DNA from: Candidatus Fermentibacterota bacterium | Lineage (GTDB): Bacteria; JAFGKV01 | DNA length: 51,915 nt | Assembly (NCBI GenBank): GCA_030620115.1 | Contig: JAUXFG010000004.1 | Span: 1-51,915, forward strand | Direction: 5' to 3' | Part shown: positions 27,218-37,900 of the stretch, piece by piece | Layout of the letters: each line of letters begins with the position of its first letter | Numbering within the stretch: the first letter of the stretch is position 1 | Made by a program: the position numbers and the translations under genes | Notes under the pieces: model-generated | Told to the model about the DNA's origin: nothing | Seen by the model: only the letters and a program-made list of their open reading frames with translations | Database searches by the model: none

Positions 27218-28459
27218 TCAACAACTTCCATTTCTCAAAGAGAGGAGTGTACGTTCGAGCAGCGTCAGTCTCTGCGCCCAAAGGTATGTCGAAAGAACCT
27301 TCTTCCTCCCTGCTTCTCCCATGGCTCTCCTCAGCTCTTTTTCCTTGAGCAGCCCGGCTATCGTTTCGCTCAGCATGTGTACATCGGCAAACGGAACCAG
27401 CAATCCGTCGACGCCGTCGCGAATTAAGGCGGGGAGAGACCCCGCGTAGCATCCTACCACAGGCTTTCCGTACACCCATGTCTCCAGAAAGGCGATGCCG
27501 AAACTCTCGGCCCGGGAGAGCATTGCCAAGATATCTCCCGCAGCCAGCAGGTCCTTCTTCAGCTCTTCGTCGATATGTCCCAGACAGTACACATGCTCGA
27601 GGATCTCCTTGGGTTGATGTGACAAATATGCATCAAAATCGGGGAGCACCTTGCCGACCATGACAAGATGCGCCTTGATTCCCTTACCCCAAACCAATTT
27701 CATCGCCTCCACCAGGTGGTGAGATCCCTTGTCATGGGTCTGTGTCGATATCTGGAAGACTATGGGGTACTCAAGCCCGTACTGTCGTCGAAACCGGGCG
27801 GCACTGCCGCCCTGAACCAAAGGCAGATCAAGCCCTGCTCCGATGACGGCAATCCGTTCCTTGTGTATGCCCCACCGTCGTAAGGCACGAGCTTCGACCT
27901 CCGTATTGGCCAGCAACAAATCTGCTCGTCGAATCAGGTTTCGTTGTCGAGGTCTCCCGAACGATGCCAGGACCGTTTCGTCTCCAGGTTCGCCGATATG
28001 CAACAGAGGAAGGATCACACATGGGCTTCCCGCGGTCCTGGCGATCACCTGCCCGGCATGGATGAAGCTCGTGAAGGGAAGATAACCCGCGATTACCATA
28101 TCGACCTTTGACCGCCGAAACCGAGCGGCCAGCTGAAGTCTTGGAGACACTACGTGTGGGGCATCGAACACATCCCCGGATCCCGGAATCGGCAGACGTT
28201 GCGCCCTGGAGAATGTTTGCTCCTTGTTTTTGGGATGCCACAGCGGGAAGCGAGATACCGAAACCCCACCGTGCAACTCTCTCTTGCCGGGAACACGCCT
28301 GGCTGATGGAAAGTAGAGGTATCGATTTTCTGCAGCATCGGTGGTCCATACTTCCACCACATGCCCCCGGGCAGTCAATCCCTCTGCATAGCCCCTCAGC
28401 AGCCTCGTGGCGCCGGAGACGTCAGGCCAATACAGAGGAGTCACCATGAGGATTCTCAT
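27218..28459 (-). CDS. GT4 glycosyltransferase
   Basis: MRILMVTPLYWP..SGA, DKG, SRAESFGIAFLETW..GKPVV; 4-bp overlap with the upstream gene. Confidence 0.9.
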   Translation of the reverse strand: MRILMVTPLYWPDVSGATRLLRGYAEGLTARGHVVEVWTTDAAENRYLYFPSARRVPGKRELHGGVSVSRFPLWHPKNKEQTFSRAQRLPIPGSGDVFDAPHVVSPRLQLAARFRRSKVDMVIAGYLPFTSFIHAGQVIARTAGSPCVILPLLHIGEPGDETVLASFGRPRQRNLIRRADLLLANTEVEARALRRWGIHKERIAVIGAGLDLPLVQGGSAARFRRQYGLEYPIVFQISTQTHDKGSHHLVEAMKLVWGKGIKAHLVMVGKVLPDFDAYLSHQPKEILEHVYCLGHIDEELKKDLLAAGDILAMLSRAESFGIAFLETWVYGKPVVGCYAGSLPALIRDGVDGLLVPFADVHMLSETIAGLLKEKELRRAMGEAGRKKVLSTYLWAQRLTLLERTLLSLRNGSC

Positions 28460-30675
28460 GGCAGAAGAGCTCTGAGCAAGGGACTGTGTGGCGCAAGAAG
28501 ACTGATTTCGTTGATGCCGATGGGGACCTTGGTTCTCAAAGAGACACAGACATTCGCGGGGACATCGTTTGCTTCGACCCGGAGCGTATGCCATCCCGCC
28601 TGGGGGATGGATACCTGATAAGGCCGGCCACCGGTGAGAGCTACCTGCATCTCCGTATGAGGGACCTCCGGCGACAAGAAGGCATGGATCTGCAGAAAAC
28701 CCCGGCTGCAGGCCTTATTGGACAAGATGATACTTCCGCGTCCATGGAGTGTGCGAAATCGGGGCAGCTGCGAAACCTCGGCTGACCACTTCCCTTTGAG
28801 TCCTTCATCCATGCATGCGGGGAGGAATCGCCCTTGGGGGACCAGGCCTGCATACAGATCTGAGAACTCCTCCAGGAGCAGAGGAAAGATCGGGCGTGGA
28901 AATCCGGAGGCAAGCTCCCGAATCCACCCCGTGTCACGACCGGTGGATCTGAAAATCCGCCACGCGAGGATATTCGGGATGTGGAGCAAGGCGGATGCCG
29001 CAGCTTTGATTTGAAGGAGAATTCTCCGGTACTCCCGTGCACTCATCCATGATCGGATCTCCGATACCTCTTGAGCCATCATTTCCAGGGCATGCCTACT
29101 CAAATAGGAGAAGGGAGCGTTTTTCAGAATGAATCGATAACGAGATCGTTCAAGAAGAAATGTCTTCCAGCTGGAAACAGGGCCCGAAGTGGCGGAATGC
29201 TTGTGAAATACCTTGCTCTTGGGTGCGTACACGATTCGCCACGCCTGCAGTCGGAGGCGATGACAGAGATCATTATCCTCATAGTAGGCGAAATACACGG
29301 GATCGAAAAGCCCTACCTGCCGCAATGCGGAAGATCGAAGAAGAACCGACCCGCCGGTCACGGACCGGCAATCAGTCCGGGCATTCCATCTCCGCCCATC
29401 GTGTTCATAAACCCCTCTGTCCCAGCCATAGAATGATTGGTTCATTCTGCCGCCTGCACTGTTTATCGTTCTCGGTTTATCATAGAAGAGCATCTTCGAT
29501 CCTACGGCGCCTGCATCCGGCTCTCGCTCGGCAACAGCCACCAGCTCCTTGAGCCATCTCCGCGCCACACGTGTATCATTGTTGAGGAGCACCACGTAGT
29601 CAGCGCCCTCCTCCAAGGCGCGTTGCATGCCTCCATTGTTGCCACGTGCAAAACCGAGGTTTTTTCTATTTGTCAGAATCCGGCATTCCGGGAAGACCGA
29701 CCGGACAAAATCAACACTTCCATCCGAGCTTCCGTTGTCGACCACCACAGGGAGCATGGCGGGGTACTCCTGCTCCCTGAGAGACTCGAGACAGTCCGGA
29801 AGAAGTACGCCTCCGTTCCAGTTCAGAACCACCACCTGTACATGGGGCTTGGGCGCCCTCATGTCCTCCAAGGCGGCTTCCAGGCGCCGCCACAGCTTGG
29901 TCCATGAAAGCTTCCGTTGGACAAAGCGTCGGCCGGCCATCCGTAGCTGTTCGGCGATATGCTCATGAGCCTGCAAGTACCTGACCGCCCTGGCTGCTTC
30001 GTCACGATCCCGGCAGGGCAATCCCAAGGAACCGAAATCACAGATATGCCTGAGCGGCATATTATGGGAGGGAATGATAGGGATCGCGCCGGAGCCAAGC
30101 GCGTGGAGAAAATGGGGGATCCCGCCCACGCCTTCAGGCGTCCAAATCACGGCAATGGAGGCGCCGGGAATTCCCGCCGTGTCTGTCGCGCCATCCACAA
30201 ACCGGCAGGATTCTTCAAGTGCGGGCCATCTCTCCTCTGATCCGTCTGGTCCGTCCCACGAGACGACGACCATGTCCACCGAGTGCGTCATGTCCACGAT
30301 CTTGACACCGCAACCAAGGAACGAGACAGGCGTGCCTTCCCAGCCGGCGCCGGCGCCAAGAGGGAGCAGGATGCGCGCGCTTTCTTGCCATGGGTGTGAA
30401 GCGAGATTCCCGTGGCCAAGCCGGGGTATCCAACAGCAGGATCCAAGATGTGCCGGAGCAGGAACCTCCCGGGAGGGAGCAATGCCAAGGTAGAGCGATG
30501 AGGATTGATTTCCCGATGGTAGGAATCCATCGTTGCCCGGCTCCGCGATTATCACACTCCGGAACGTATCCTCGAGACGCGGTAGTATCTCCTTGGTGAA
30601 CTGCGCCCAGTAGCCCTGATCTGCCCCCTGCTCAGGAAGAGTTACAACTAGGTCACTTGAGCCCAATGACCGCAT
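28456..30675 (-). CDS. Multidomain glycosyltransferase: degenerate GT4-like N-domain, GT2 domain and C-terminal beta domain
   Basis: GT2 motifs VVVLNWNG, VVDNGSSDGS, NLGFARGNN, LLNND, FAYYEDNDLCHR. Confidence 0.85.
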   Translation of the reverse strand: MRSLGSSDLVVTLPEQGADQGYWAQFTKEILPRLEDTFRSVIIAEPGNDGFLPSGNQSSSLYLGIAPSREVPAPAHLGSCCWIPRLGHGNLASHPWQESARILLPLGAGAGWEGTPVSFLGCGVKIVDMTHSVDMVVVSWDGPDGSEERWPALEESCRFVDGATDTAGIPGASIAVIWTPEGVGGIPHFLHALGSGAIPIIPSHNMPLRHICDFGSLGLPCRDRDEAARAVRYLQAHEHIAEQLRMAGRRFVQRKLSWTKLWRRLEAALEDMRAPKPHVQVVVLNWNGGVLLPDCLESLREQEYPAMLPVVVDNGSSDGSVDFVRSVFPECRILTNRKNLGFARGNNGGMQRALEEGADYVVLLNNDTRVARRWLKELVAVAEREPDAGAVGSKMLFYDKPRTINSAGGRMNQSFYGWDRGVYEHDGRRWNARTDCRSVTGGSVLLRSSALRQVGLFDPVYFAYYEDNDLCHRLRLQAWRIVYAPKSKVFHKHSATSGPVSSWKTFLLERSRYRFILKNAPFSYLSRHALEMMAQEVSEIRSWMSAREYRRILLQIKAAASALLHIPNILAWRIFRSTGRDTGWIRELASGFPRPIFPLLLEEFSDLYAGLVPQGRFLPACMDEGLKGKWSAEVSQLPRFRTLHGRGSIILSNKACSRGFLQIHAFLSPEVPHTEMQVALTGGRPYQVSIPQAGWHTLRVEANDVPANVCVSLRTKVPIGINEISLLAPHSPLLRALLP

Positions 30676-31783
30676 ACTCTTGATAGCCGAACACCACGTG
30701 ATTCAATCTGTCGAAATTGACCCGTATCTTCTCTTCCAATGTGTCCCCTGCTTGTTCCGGCAGTGGCAGCAGGCTGTAGTCTTCGCCGAATGGCGCGTAG
30801 TAGGACACCTCGAGCTTTCTGAATCCTGCGTCCTCGGCCAAGAAACGAATGGTTTCAGGAGGCAACGGGCGAACGTGCGTGGGATCGAGATAGAAGTTAT
30901 TCGCCAGCGCAAACAGCGAACGGGGATTGATGGTAACCAGAACAAGACAGGTTCCCCGCTTGAGAACACGATATGATTCACGGAGAAGGCTGACAAGCGT
31001 GTGCATAGGCAGATGCTCTATGACCTGTGAGCAGAAAATGCCGTCAACCGACTTCTCCGAGAGGCTATACAGATGCTCTATGATATCCGCCTGGTTAACC
31101 TCCAGCCCAAGTCGTTGACAATGCAGCACCATATCCTCATTGGAATCCACACCGTATGCACCAACCCCCTCGGAGCCGCATAAGTCGAGAAACTCCCCAC
31201 GCCCGCACCCGAGATCCACTACCCGCCTGCATCGTTGAAAGTGCGGAAGAAAAGGACGAAGGGATTCCCTGACCTGGTCCGCGGGCCCCCTGTGTTGGTC
31301 TTCGAACCAGAAGTAGGAAAAATCCGTTGGCGAGAGGACCGACAGGTGGCGAATCCCCCTCATGCGGGTCCCCATGGTCCGCACAGACTCCTCCAGTGTA
31401 GCCAGATGGGTCTCCAGATCTGATATCTTTCCACTGGCCGGAACTCCTGCATCGATCTTGCGCCGGAGCTTTTCCAAAGCACTATGGCTCGCAGGAGGCC
31501 CATCTTTTGCCAGCGAATTCTGTTTATTCTCCAATCGCGCCCCAAGCCGCTCGATCTTCGTGATCCTTTCTTGCACATCGGAAAAACAATCACGCAATGT
31601 TCCCAGCTCCTTGGCAAACTCATAACGAAGCTGATCGATGCTCTCTTCACACGCCTGAGCTCGAGCCTCTTCAGCCCTCCTCTTGCGCTTCAGAGTCTCG
31701 ATCCTGCCGATAATGCTCCCATCCTGCTCAGGATGAGCGCCGGAGACATCCCCCTTGTTAATCGGCTTTCCTTTCTTTGCCAT
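30653..31783 (-). CDS. Class I SAM methyltransferase with N-terminal coiled coil (glycan chain-terminator type)
   Basis: YFWFEDQHRG, VVDLGCGRGEFL, SQVIEHL, FYLDPTHVRP; heptad-rich first ~140 aa; GGAGG before ATG 31783. Confidence 0.85.
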   Translation of the reverse strand: MAKKGKPINKGDVSGAHPEQDGSIIGRIETLKRKRRAEEARAQACEESIDQLRYEFAKELGTLRDCFSDVQERITKIERLGARLENKQNSLAKDGPPASHSALEKLRRKIDAGVPASGKISDLETHLATLEESVRTMGTRMRGIRHLSVLSPTDFSYFWFEDQHRGPADQVRESLRPFLPHFQRCRRVVDLGCGRGEFLDLCGSEGVGAYGVDSNEDMVLHCQRLGLEVNQADIIEHLYSLSEKSVDGIFCSQVIEHLPMHTLVSLLRESYRVLKRGTCLVLVTINPRSLFALANNFYLDPTHVRPLPPETIRFLAEDAGFRKLEVSYYAPFGEDYSLLPLPEQAGDTLEEKIRVNFDRLNHVVFGYQEYAVIGLK

Positions 31784-31822
31784 GCGTCCCTCCATTGACA
31801 TCGCCGGCAGCCCGGAGCTCCT

Positions 31823-32617
31823 CTACGATGAGGATGCGAGGATTTCCTCCAGGAAGTCTACCACTGCCTCCAATTCTCTGGCCAGCTTTTTTTCAATGCC
31901 TTCTTGCCCTTCGATGGTCTTCTTCTCTATCTCTGCCAGCCGTGTTTGGAGGTTTTGTACCGCTCCGCCGAACTCGCTCCTCACTCCATCGTGGAATTCC
32001 TGCACTTTGGTGCTTGTCTCTTTGACCCCTTTCACAAATTCTTGCTGAACTCCCTCCAGCGCCTTCTGTGTCTCTCTGTCTGATTCCATCTGACGCTTTG
32101 TCTGATCTTCAAGGCCATTGGTCAATACGGCATGCATGGCTTGATCGCGCTCAGCCATCTCCTCCCCCAGAACTTCCAGCCTGTTCCGTACGTCCGCCAT
32201 CTCATTGGCTATCAGCTCTTGAACAGCTTTCTGCTCGTTGCGGAGAGCAAGGAACTGATCATTCAGGGAATCGAGCCTCGCAAGGACACTGGTGACAATA
32301 CGATTCAAGGCTTCATTGTAGTGGGCCTGTTTATCAAGAAAATGACCAGCATAAGGCTTTACCGCTGCTTCAATGATCTTCTTGAGCCCAATGACAAGAG
32401 GGGCAATTTTCTTGTCAGTGCCAATTCGGTATTCTCGCACATCGAAATTGTTGCGCAACACTTGGAGATCGGTCATCTCGGAGAAGAGTGGCGCAGCAAC
32501 GTCAGATCGTGCCGCTCCCGCGGGGTCAGAGGGCGATTGGTGTGCCTGGATCTCCGCCCGAATAGCCTGCAACAGCTCCTTGACGTCAACCTCGTCACTG
32601 GGATATCTACTGCTCAC
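31823..32617 (-). CDS. Coiled-coil protein in the glycan export operon
   Basis: EVDVKELLQAIRAEI N-terminus, amphipathic LVIGLKKIIEAAVKPY...QAHYN, long E/K/Q-rich heptads; overlaps the wzt stop. Confidence 0.75.
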   Translation of the reverse strand: MSSRYPSDEVDVKELLQAIRAEIQAHQSPSDPAGAARSDVAAPLFSEMTDLQVLRNNFDVREYRIGTDKKIAPLVIGLKKIIEAAVKPYAGHFLDKQAHYNEALNRIVTSVLARLDSLNDQFLALRNEQKAVQELIANEMADVRNRLEVLGEEMAERDQAMHAVLTNGLEDQTKRQMESDRETQKALEGVQQEFVKGVKETSTKVQEFHDGVRSEFGGAVQNLQTRLAEIEKKTIEGQEGIEKKLARELEAVVDFLEEILASSS

Positions 32618-34124
32618 TCGTTACCTCACCGGCAATAACCCGCCAGTTGCATTCCATATCGATCGCTCCGTCATATTCCCGTCGTGGTTCCACTTGGATC
32701 TTATAGTAATTCTCCATCCTGTGGTATTGTACTGTGTTGTCCGCGGAGTGTGCCGCCAGGGTGACGAAGAAAAGCCCGCCAAGCAAGGCAAGCCTGGGTA
32801 TCTTGATCTCTAGCGTCCCCATGGTTCCAGTGTCCAAACTCCCCACCCTATCAATGACCGTATTGGTGCCAAACACAACGCTCCCCCTCTGATCGCGGAA
32901 AGAGATGCCGAATATGGGATCTTCAACCGCTTCATTGACTCGGTACTTGACTCGTACCGTCAGGGAATCGCCACTCCTGAATCTTTTCCCTGGTGTGCCA
33001 TTCCCATCAAGAAAGTCCACGTCCAGAAACTCAATCTGATTCGTCCCAAAAGATCGCGAAAGCAAAGGAGACGCGTCGGAAAGGAACGTATGAACTCTGC
33101 TCTCCAAGAGCTCCAGCTTACGGCCCAAGTCGCCCAGTGCTTGGTCTCGCACAGCCCCCTGACCTTGGGCTGCACTCATGGTCTTCTCCATCTCGACGAT
33201 TCGCTCGCGGGCATTCTCGATAGACATGGGTTCACTGACGCGTCGCTCCAGCCATGCCATGACTTCCTTGATCCCCGCCATCTTCTCGTCCACACCCGCC
33301 AGAAGGCCGTCGACATCCGGGAATGACTCTTTCAATTTCTCCTGGCATGGAGCGAGTTCCGGCACGAGTATCTGCGTCCCTGTTTCGGTGCCAAGTCGGC
33401 GACGGTACTCAGCAATCGTGTGCGCCGGCTGCCCATCTGCGGTCAACTTCCCCTTGGTAAGGAGGATGGCTCTATCGCAAAGGGCCTCCACCGAACCCAA
33501 GGCATGTGACACGAAGACGATGGTCTTGCCTGCCTTGCGGAAATGCCGGATCCTCTCAAGGCATTTCTGCTGAAAGGCCTCGTCGCCAACTGCCAAAATC
33601 TCGTCGATGAGCAGAATATCGGGATCCACATGTATCGCGATGGAGAAGCCGAGCCGCATGTACATGCCGGAGCTGTAGTTCTTGACCGGCGTATCTATGA
33701 ATTTCTCAAGCTCGGCAAAGGCGACGATCTCATCGAACCGATCATTGATCTCACTTCTCGAGAATCCGAGGATTGACCCATTGAGATACACATTCTCACG
33801 ACCCGTGAAATCGGGCTGAAAACCGGCGCCCAGTTCAATCAAAGCGGAGAGAGAGCCGTTCACCATCACCGCTCCGGTGTTTGGTCGGAGAATTTTCGCC
33901 AGAAGCTTGAGACAGGTTGACTTCCCCGAGCCATTCTCCCCGATGATCCCCAACATCTGCCCTTTGGGGATCTCGAGATCCACACCTCGTAGTGCCCAGA
34001 AATCCTCCCAGCGACGTCTATCGCGGAACATGGTAAGCACATTCTCCTTCAGAGAATGGTGTTTCTCATGATAGATCCTGAATCGCTTGGATACGTTCTC
34101 GAACCTGACTGCGTTATCTTCCAT
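32607..34124 (-). CDS. wzt: Polysaccharide ABC exporter ATPase with coiled-coil insert and Wzt_C carbohydrate-binding domain
   Basis: GENGSGKST, YSSGMYMRLGF, ILLIDEILAVGDEAFQQKC, VFVSH; C-terminal FGTNQIEF...DPIFGISF...VFGTNT. Confidence 0.93.
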   Translation of the reverse strand: MEDNAVRFENVSKRFRIYHEKHHSLKENVLTMFRDRRRWEDFWALRGVDLEIPKGQMLGIIGENGSGKSTCLKLLAKILRPNTGAVMVNGSLSALIELGAGFQPDFTGRENVYLNGSILGFSRSEINDRFDEIVAFAELEKFIDTPVKNYSSGMYMRLGFSIAIHVDPDILLIDEILAVGDEAFQQKCLERIRHFRKAGKTIVFVSHALGSVEALCDRAILLTKGKLTADGQPAHTIAEYRRRLGTETGTQILVPELAPCQEKLKESFPDVDGLLAGVDEKMAGIKEVMAWLERRVSEPMSIENARERIVEMEKTMSAAQGQGAVRDQALGDLGRKLELLESRVHTFLSDASPLLSRSFGTNQIEFLDVDFLDGNGTPGKRFRSGDSLTVRVKYRVNEAVEDPIFGISFRDQRGSVVFGTNTVIDRVGSLDTGTMGTLEIKIPRLALLGGLFFVTLAAHSADNTVQYHRMENYYKIQVEPRREYDGAIDMECNWRVIAGEVTSEQ

Positions 34125-34125
34125 C

Positions 34126-34926
34126 TCAGATTTCTTCGGCGAAACGCGGTTCCACCTGGGTAAAGATGACATATCCACCCCCCAACCAGATCAGCGCGAT
34201 ACCAAAGGCCTTTGCGAGTGCGGCCACTCCTGGGAATGGCGAACCATAAAGAATTGCATGGTAGAGCTCAGTTATTCCCACCACGGGATTCGCGTTGTAG
34301 AGAACCAACAGAGGTCCCTGCAGGCTTCCTGCAACGAGGTCGTACGAGTAGATGATGGGAGTCATAAAAAACCAGGCCAACAGAAGCACCTCAAGAAGAT
34401 GCTGTATATCCCGGAAGAATACATTCCAGGCCGACACGATGAGAACGACGCCCACGGTGAGCATCAAATGGATCACCAGGACAAAAGGCAAGAGGAGGTA
34501 GAGGCCGATATGAACCGGCCTTCCGAATATGATAAGGGCGGGAAAAAGGATGGTAAAGCTCAGCAGGAAATGAACCATATTGAACAGCACGGTGGAAATC
34601 GGAAGAATCTCCCTCGGGAAGTATATCTTGTTGATGAGGCTCCCGTTGCTGGTGATAGAGGTCACGCCGCCAAGCAAGCTCCCCGAGAAAAACACCCAGG
34701 GAAGCAGCCCTGAGAGAAGATACACGGGGAAATCCTCGATGGACGTTTTCATGAGATAGCCAAAGGCAAACCAGTACACAAGCACCATGACGACAGGAAC
34801 CAGAAGACTCCAGAGGAACCCAAATACAGTCCCCTTATACTTCGCCTTGAATTCCTTGCCAACAAGATTGAACAGGAGCTCTTTATATCTGAATAGCTCC
34901 TTCAGCCGATTCGTCGAGAATTCCAT
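34126..34926 (-). CDS. wzm: Polysaccharide ABC exporter permease
   Basis: KEFKAKYKGTVFGFLWSLLVP, SLINKIYFPRE, FFRDIQHL, FFMTPIIY, ANPV, RFAEEI. Confidence 0.95.
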   Translation of the reverse strand: MEFSTNRLKELFRYKELLFNLVGKEFKAKYKGTVFGFLWSLLVPVVMVLVYWFAFGYLMKTSIEDFPVYLLSGLLPWVFFSGSLLGGVTSITSNGSLINKIYFPREILPISTVLFNMVHFLLSFTILFPALIIFGRPVHIGLYLLLPFVLVIHLMLTVGVVLIVSAWNVFFRDIQHLLEVLLLAWFFMTPIIYSYDLVAGSLQGPLLVLYNANPVVGITELYHAILYGSPFPGVAALAKAFGIALIWLGGGYVIFTQVEPRFAEEI

Positions 34927-34959
34927 GACTAGTGAAGTCTCTCCTTCTAGTGCCGCAAT

Positions 34960-37900
34960 CTACCGCGGATCGTAGCGTACTTCCCACGATTGAAGACCAG
35001 GATCTCCCATCGTAGATGATGTTAAGAACTTACCCTGCAGTCTTATCCAGGGATACAGGCTGGGGTCGATACCCGAGAGATTCCATTGGCCCGATGCACC
35101 CAGATTCTGAAAGCCTCCGATGGCCTCCCACACCAAGCTCTGGGTTGAGAAACCCCAGATGCTCACGAACACAGAATCCCCGGGTTCCGATTCCGTGGCC
35201 TCCACAGAAAGCTCGTGCCACCAAAGCGCAGGACCAATACTCGAGCTCCAGAACTCACCTTCGGGGGGGACCGTCACCGGCTGGGCGAAAATCTCGTAGA
35301 TCCTGGATCCCCAGTAGACGCCGCTGGTTTGCGGGCAACCGGCGCCAAAGCAGGCGCGAATATAGCGCGCAGGCAACGGATCGTCCACCTCGGCATAGAC
35401 GCAAGGCGGAATCTCGACATTAGGCTCGGAATAGGGGCCATGCGTGATCCAGGGCTCATAGGAGATGCCGTCATTGCTCGTCGAGATCTCCAATTCCGAC
35501 CATACCCCTCTGTCCATGGCGCCCGCCCATAACTCCGCCCCCACCCGAAGCAGGGAACGTGATACACCAAGATCAATAACCGCTGTTTGCTCCATGTCAT
35601 TGTTGCCGAAAATGAACCTCCCGGAGCCAATGAGGGCCTCGGGCAAAAAACTGGGATGGGAGGATGAGTAATCAATCACCGTGGCGCCTGAATCAGTGAG
35701 GGCGACATCCGGCCCAGGCGACTTGGCGAGCTCGATCAATGACGACAAAGTATCTACCGTGCAGTTGAGGAGGGAATCGGCAACGAACTGGCCCCAGTGT
35801 GCCTCACGCCAGCCACGTCCGGAGGCAAGCCGGTTTATGAAAAAGGATCGAGCCCCCGACCATCTTCCTGGAATGTCGTGGTCCTCTGCTCGACAGCGCC
35901 AATAGAGCACTCTCCTCTCGGGCAGTGCCGGCGGAGTCCAAACCGTATAGTATGGCCCTGCAGGCAAAACATCCGATTCCGCAAGAATCGATTCTGGTAT
36001 CGCAAAAGACGGATCCGTGCAGACTTGGAAGCGATACACGACATTTGCCTCTCCGGGAAGACTCCTTACGGAGAGCTGCGGAATCTGCGTCACCAAGAGC
36101 GCGCAGTCTCCCGGGCTTGAAGGCTGCGGCGCCGCGAAAAGCACTGCCATATCCTCTCTCGCGATGTTGTTGCCCTCATCGAGTTCGGAGATCTCGTGAT
36201 TGACATCAATCTCGACCCGTATCTCATGAGATCCCCTGGCAGGAATGGGCTCCCACGGTATGGTGAAAAGACTATCTCCCGTGATGGCGACATCGGAGGA
36301 GAAAGACCCGAGCAAGGTCACTCCTGCAGAGCTGCTGTCGGACACCGTGATCTGACACCAGTCCTCCCCCGGATCGCTTGCAGCACTCCCGAGGTTGGCA
36401 ATCTCAAAAAGCAGATTCACGGATGGATCATCTTCAGAGGGAGCCATGGGCTCAGCGCTCAACCACTGGTCTGGCGCCGAAAGATCGGCATCCCGGGGCC
36501 TTGACAAGACTAATCCCGGGTTCCCAAGGAGCAAGAATCGTTGAGAGATAAAATCACCCGCTTGAAGCACTCCCGCCACGAAAGCCTCACCAGCGGTCGC
36601 AGGCTCCTCCGCCAGAAGCACCGGCAACGCATACCGTGACCAGAGGTAGCCACTGCTGACGCTCGTAACACCCGTGCTGGAGATAAAGCCACTGCAGCAT
36701 CCATCAGTGGAGCTCGAACGCAAGAGCATTTCACCAAGACAACTGCTGTCAGGCAATGCAACCCTTCCGCTGTGGCATGATCCTCCCACAAGGAATGGGG
36801 GCAGGTCAGCACCTGTCAGCGTGTCAGCCATGGAGTTATGCAGCTCCATGCACCAGGTATAGAAATCACCGCGTCCAATGAAATGAACCAAGAGCGGCGT
36901 ATTGTTCCAGACATCCATGAACTCGTTCTTGTACGATCTCGTGCTATCGGCGCCCTCAAGATCGGCGTATATGCGATGGATTCGTGGCAATAGATCGCTG
37001 GGCACTGCATAGGTTATCAGTCCATCGGATTGGGCCGCAAAAGAAATATTCTCGTAGTCACTCGATCCGTGAGCCATGAAAACGATGCGCTTGGTTACAA
37101 TCTCGGAATCAAGATATTGCAGGCTGGTTCGGATCATGCTGCGGGCTTCGGCTGCATCCCTGGCAGGGAGCCGGCCGATGGCTATATCAGGTATCCAATC
37201 ATAGTCTCCTTGGAGGTCGCTGGTCAGTCTCCCAAAAAAATAATCGTTGCCTGGATTCCCCCACGTGGGGACAAGATTCTGTGCCGTGCCGGGACCGGAA
37301 TGTCCCAAGAAATCCCAACACGCATCCCCAAGAAAACAGACATAGGAAGGCTCGGGACTGACCCAATTCTCATACGCGGCTTCAAGGAAATCTCGGATGG
37401 CCACGGGAGTGAGCTCACCGTAGGAGAAGTAGTCATAGAGCAACTGAACCCCAACAACAACAGTCCTCCAACCGAAAAACGATTCCATCTCTTCTGCCAG
37501 GGAGTCTGCCAACTCGGAGAATGCTTGAGGCGTGACCACGATATAATCAGCCCCCCGGGTCGACGAGTCCGGCGACGGATCAAGTTCCTCATAGACAACT
37601 ATGGCCTGTACACTGTCCAGCACAAAGCTGTGTTGCGCCCAGAGCCGATGAGAGCCGGAAATATTAGCGGAAAAGACCAACGAATCCCCGGACAGCGTGG
37701 CGCCCTCGATCCAAAGGCCACTGGAGAGATTCACCACTGCCACGTCGGCATCGCCAAAACCCTTCAACTTGAAAAGATACGCCTCGCCTCCGGCTCCTTC
37801 AGGGGCACCGAACCCCAGGGAGGAATCCGAGGCCACGAAGTGCCGCGGGTACAAGATCTCAATCCAGTTCAAGTAGCTCCTTGCGGCTGATCCTGCGGGG

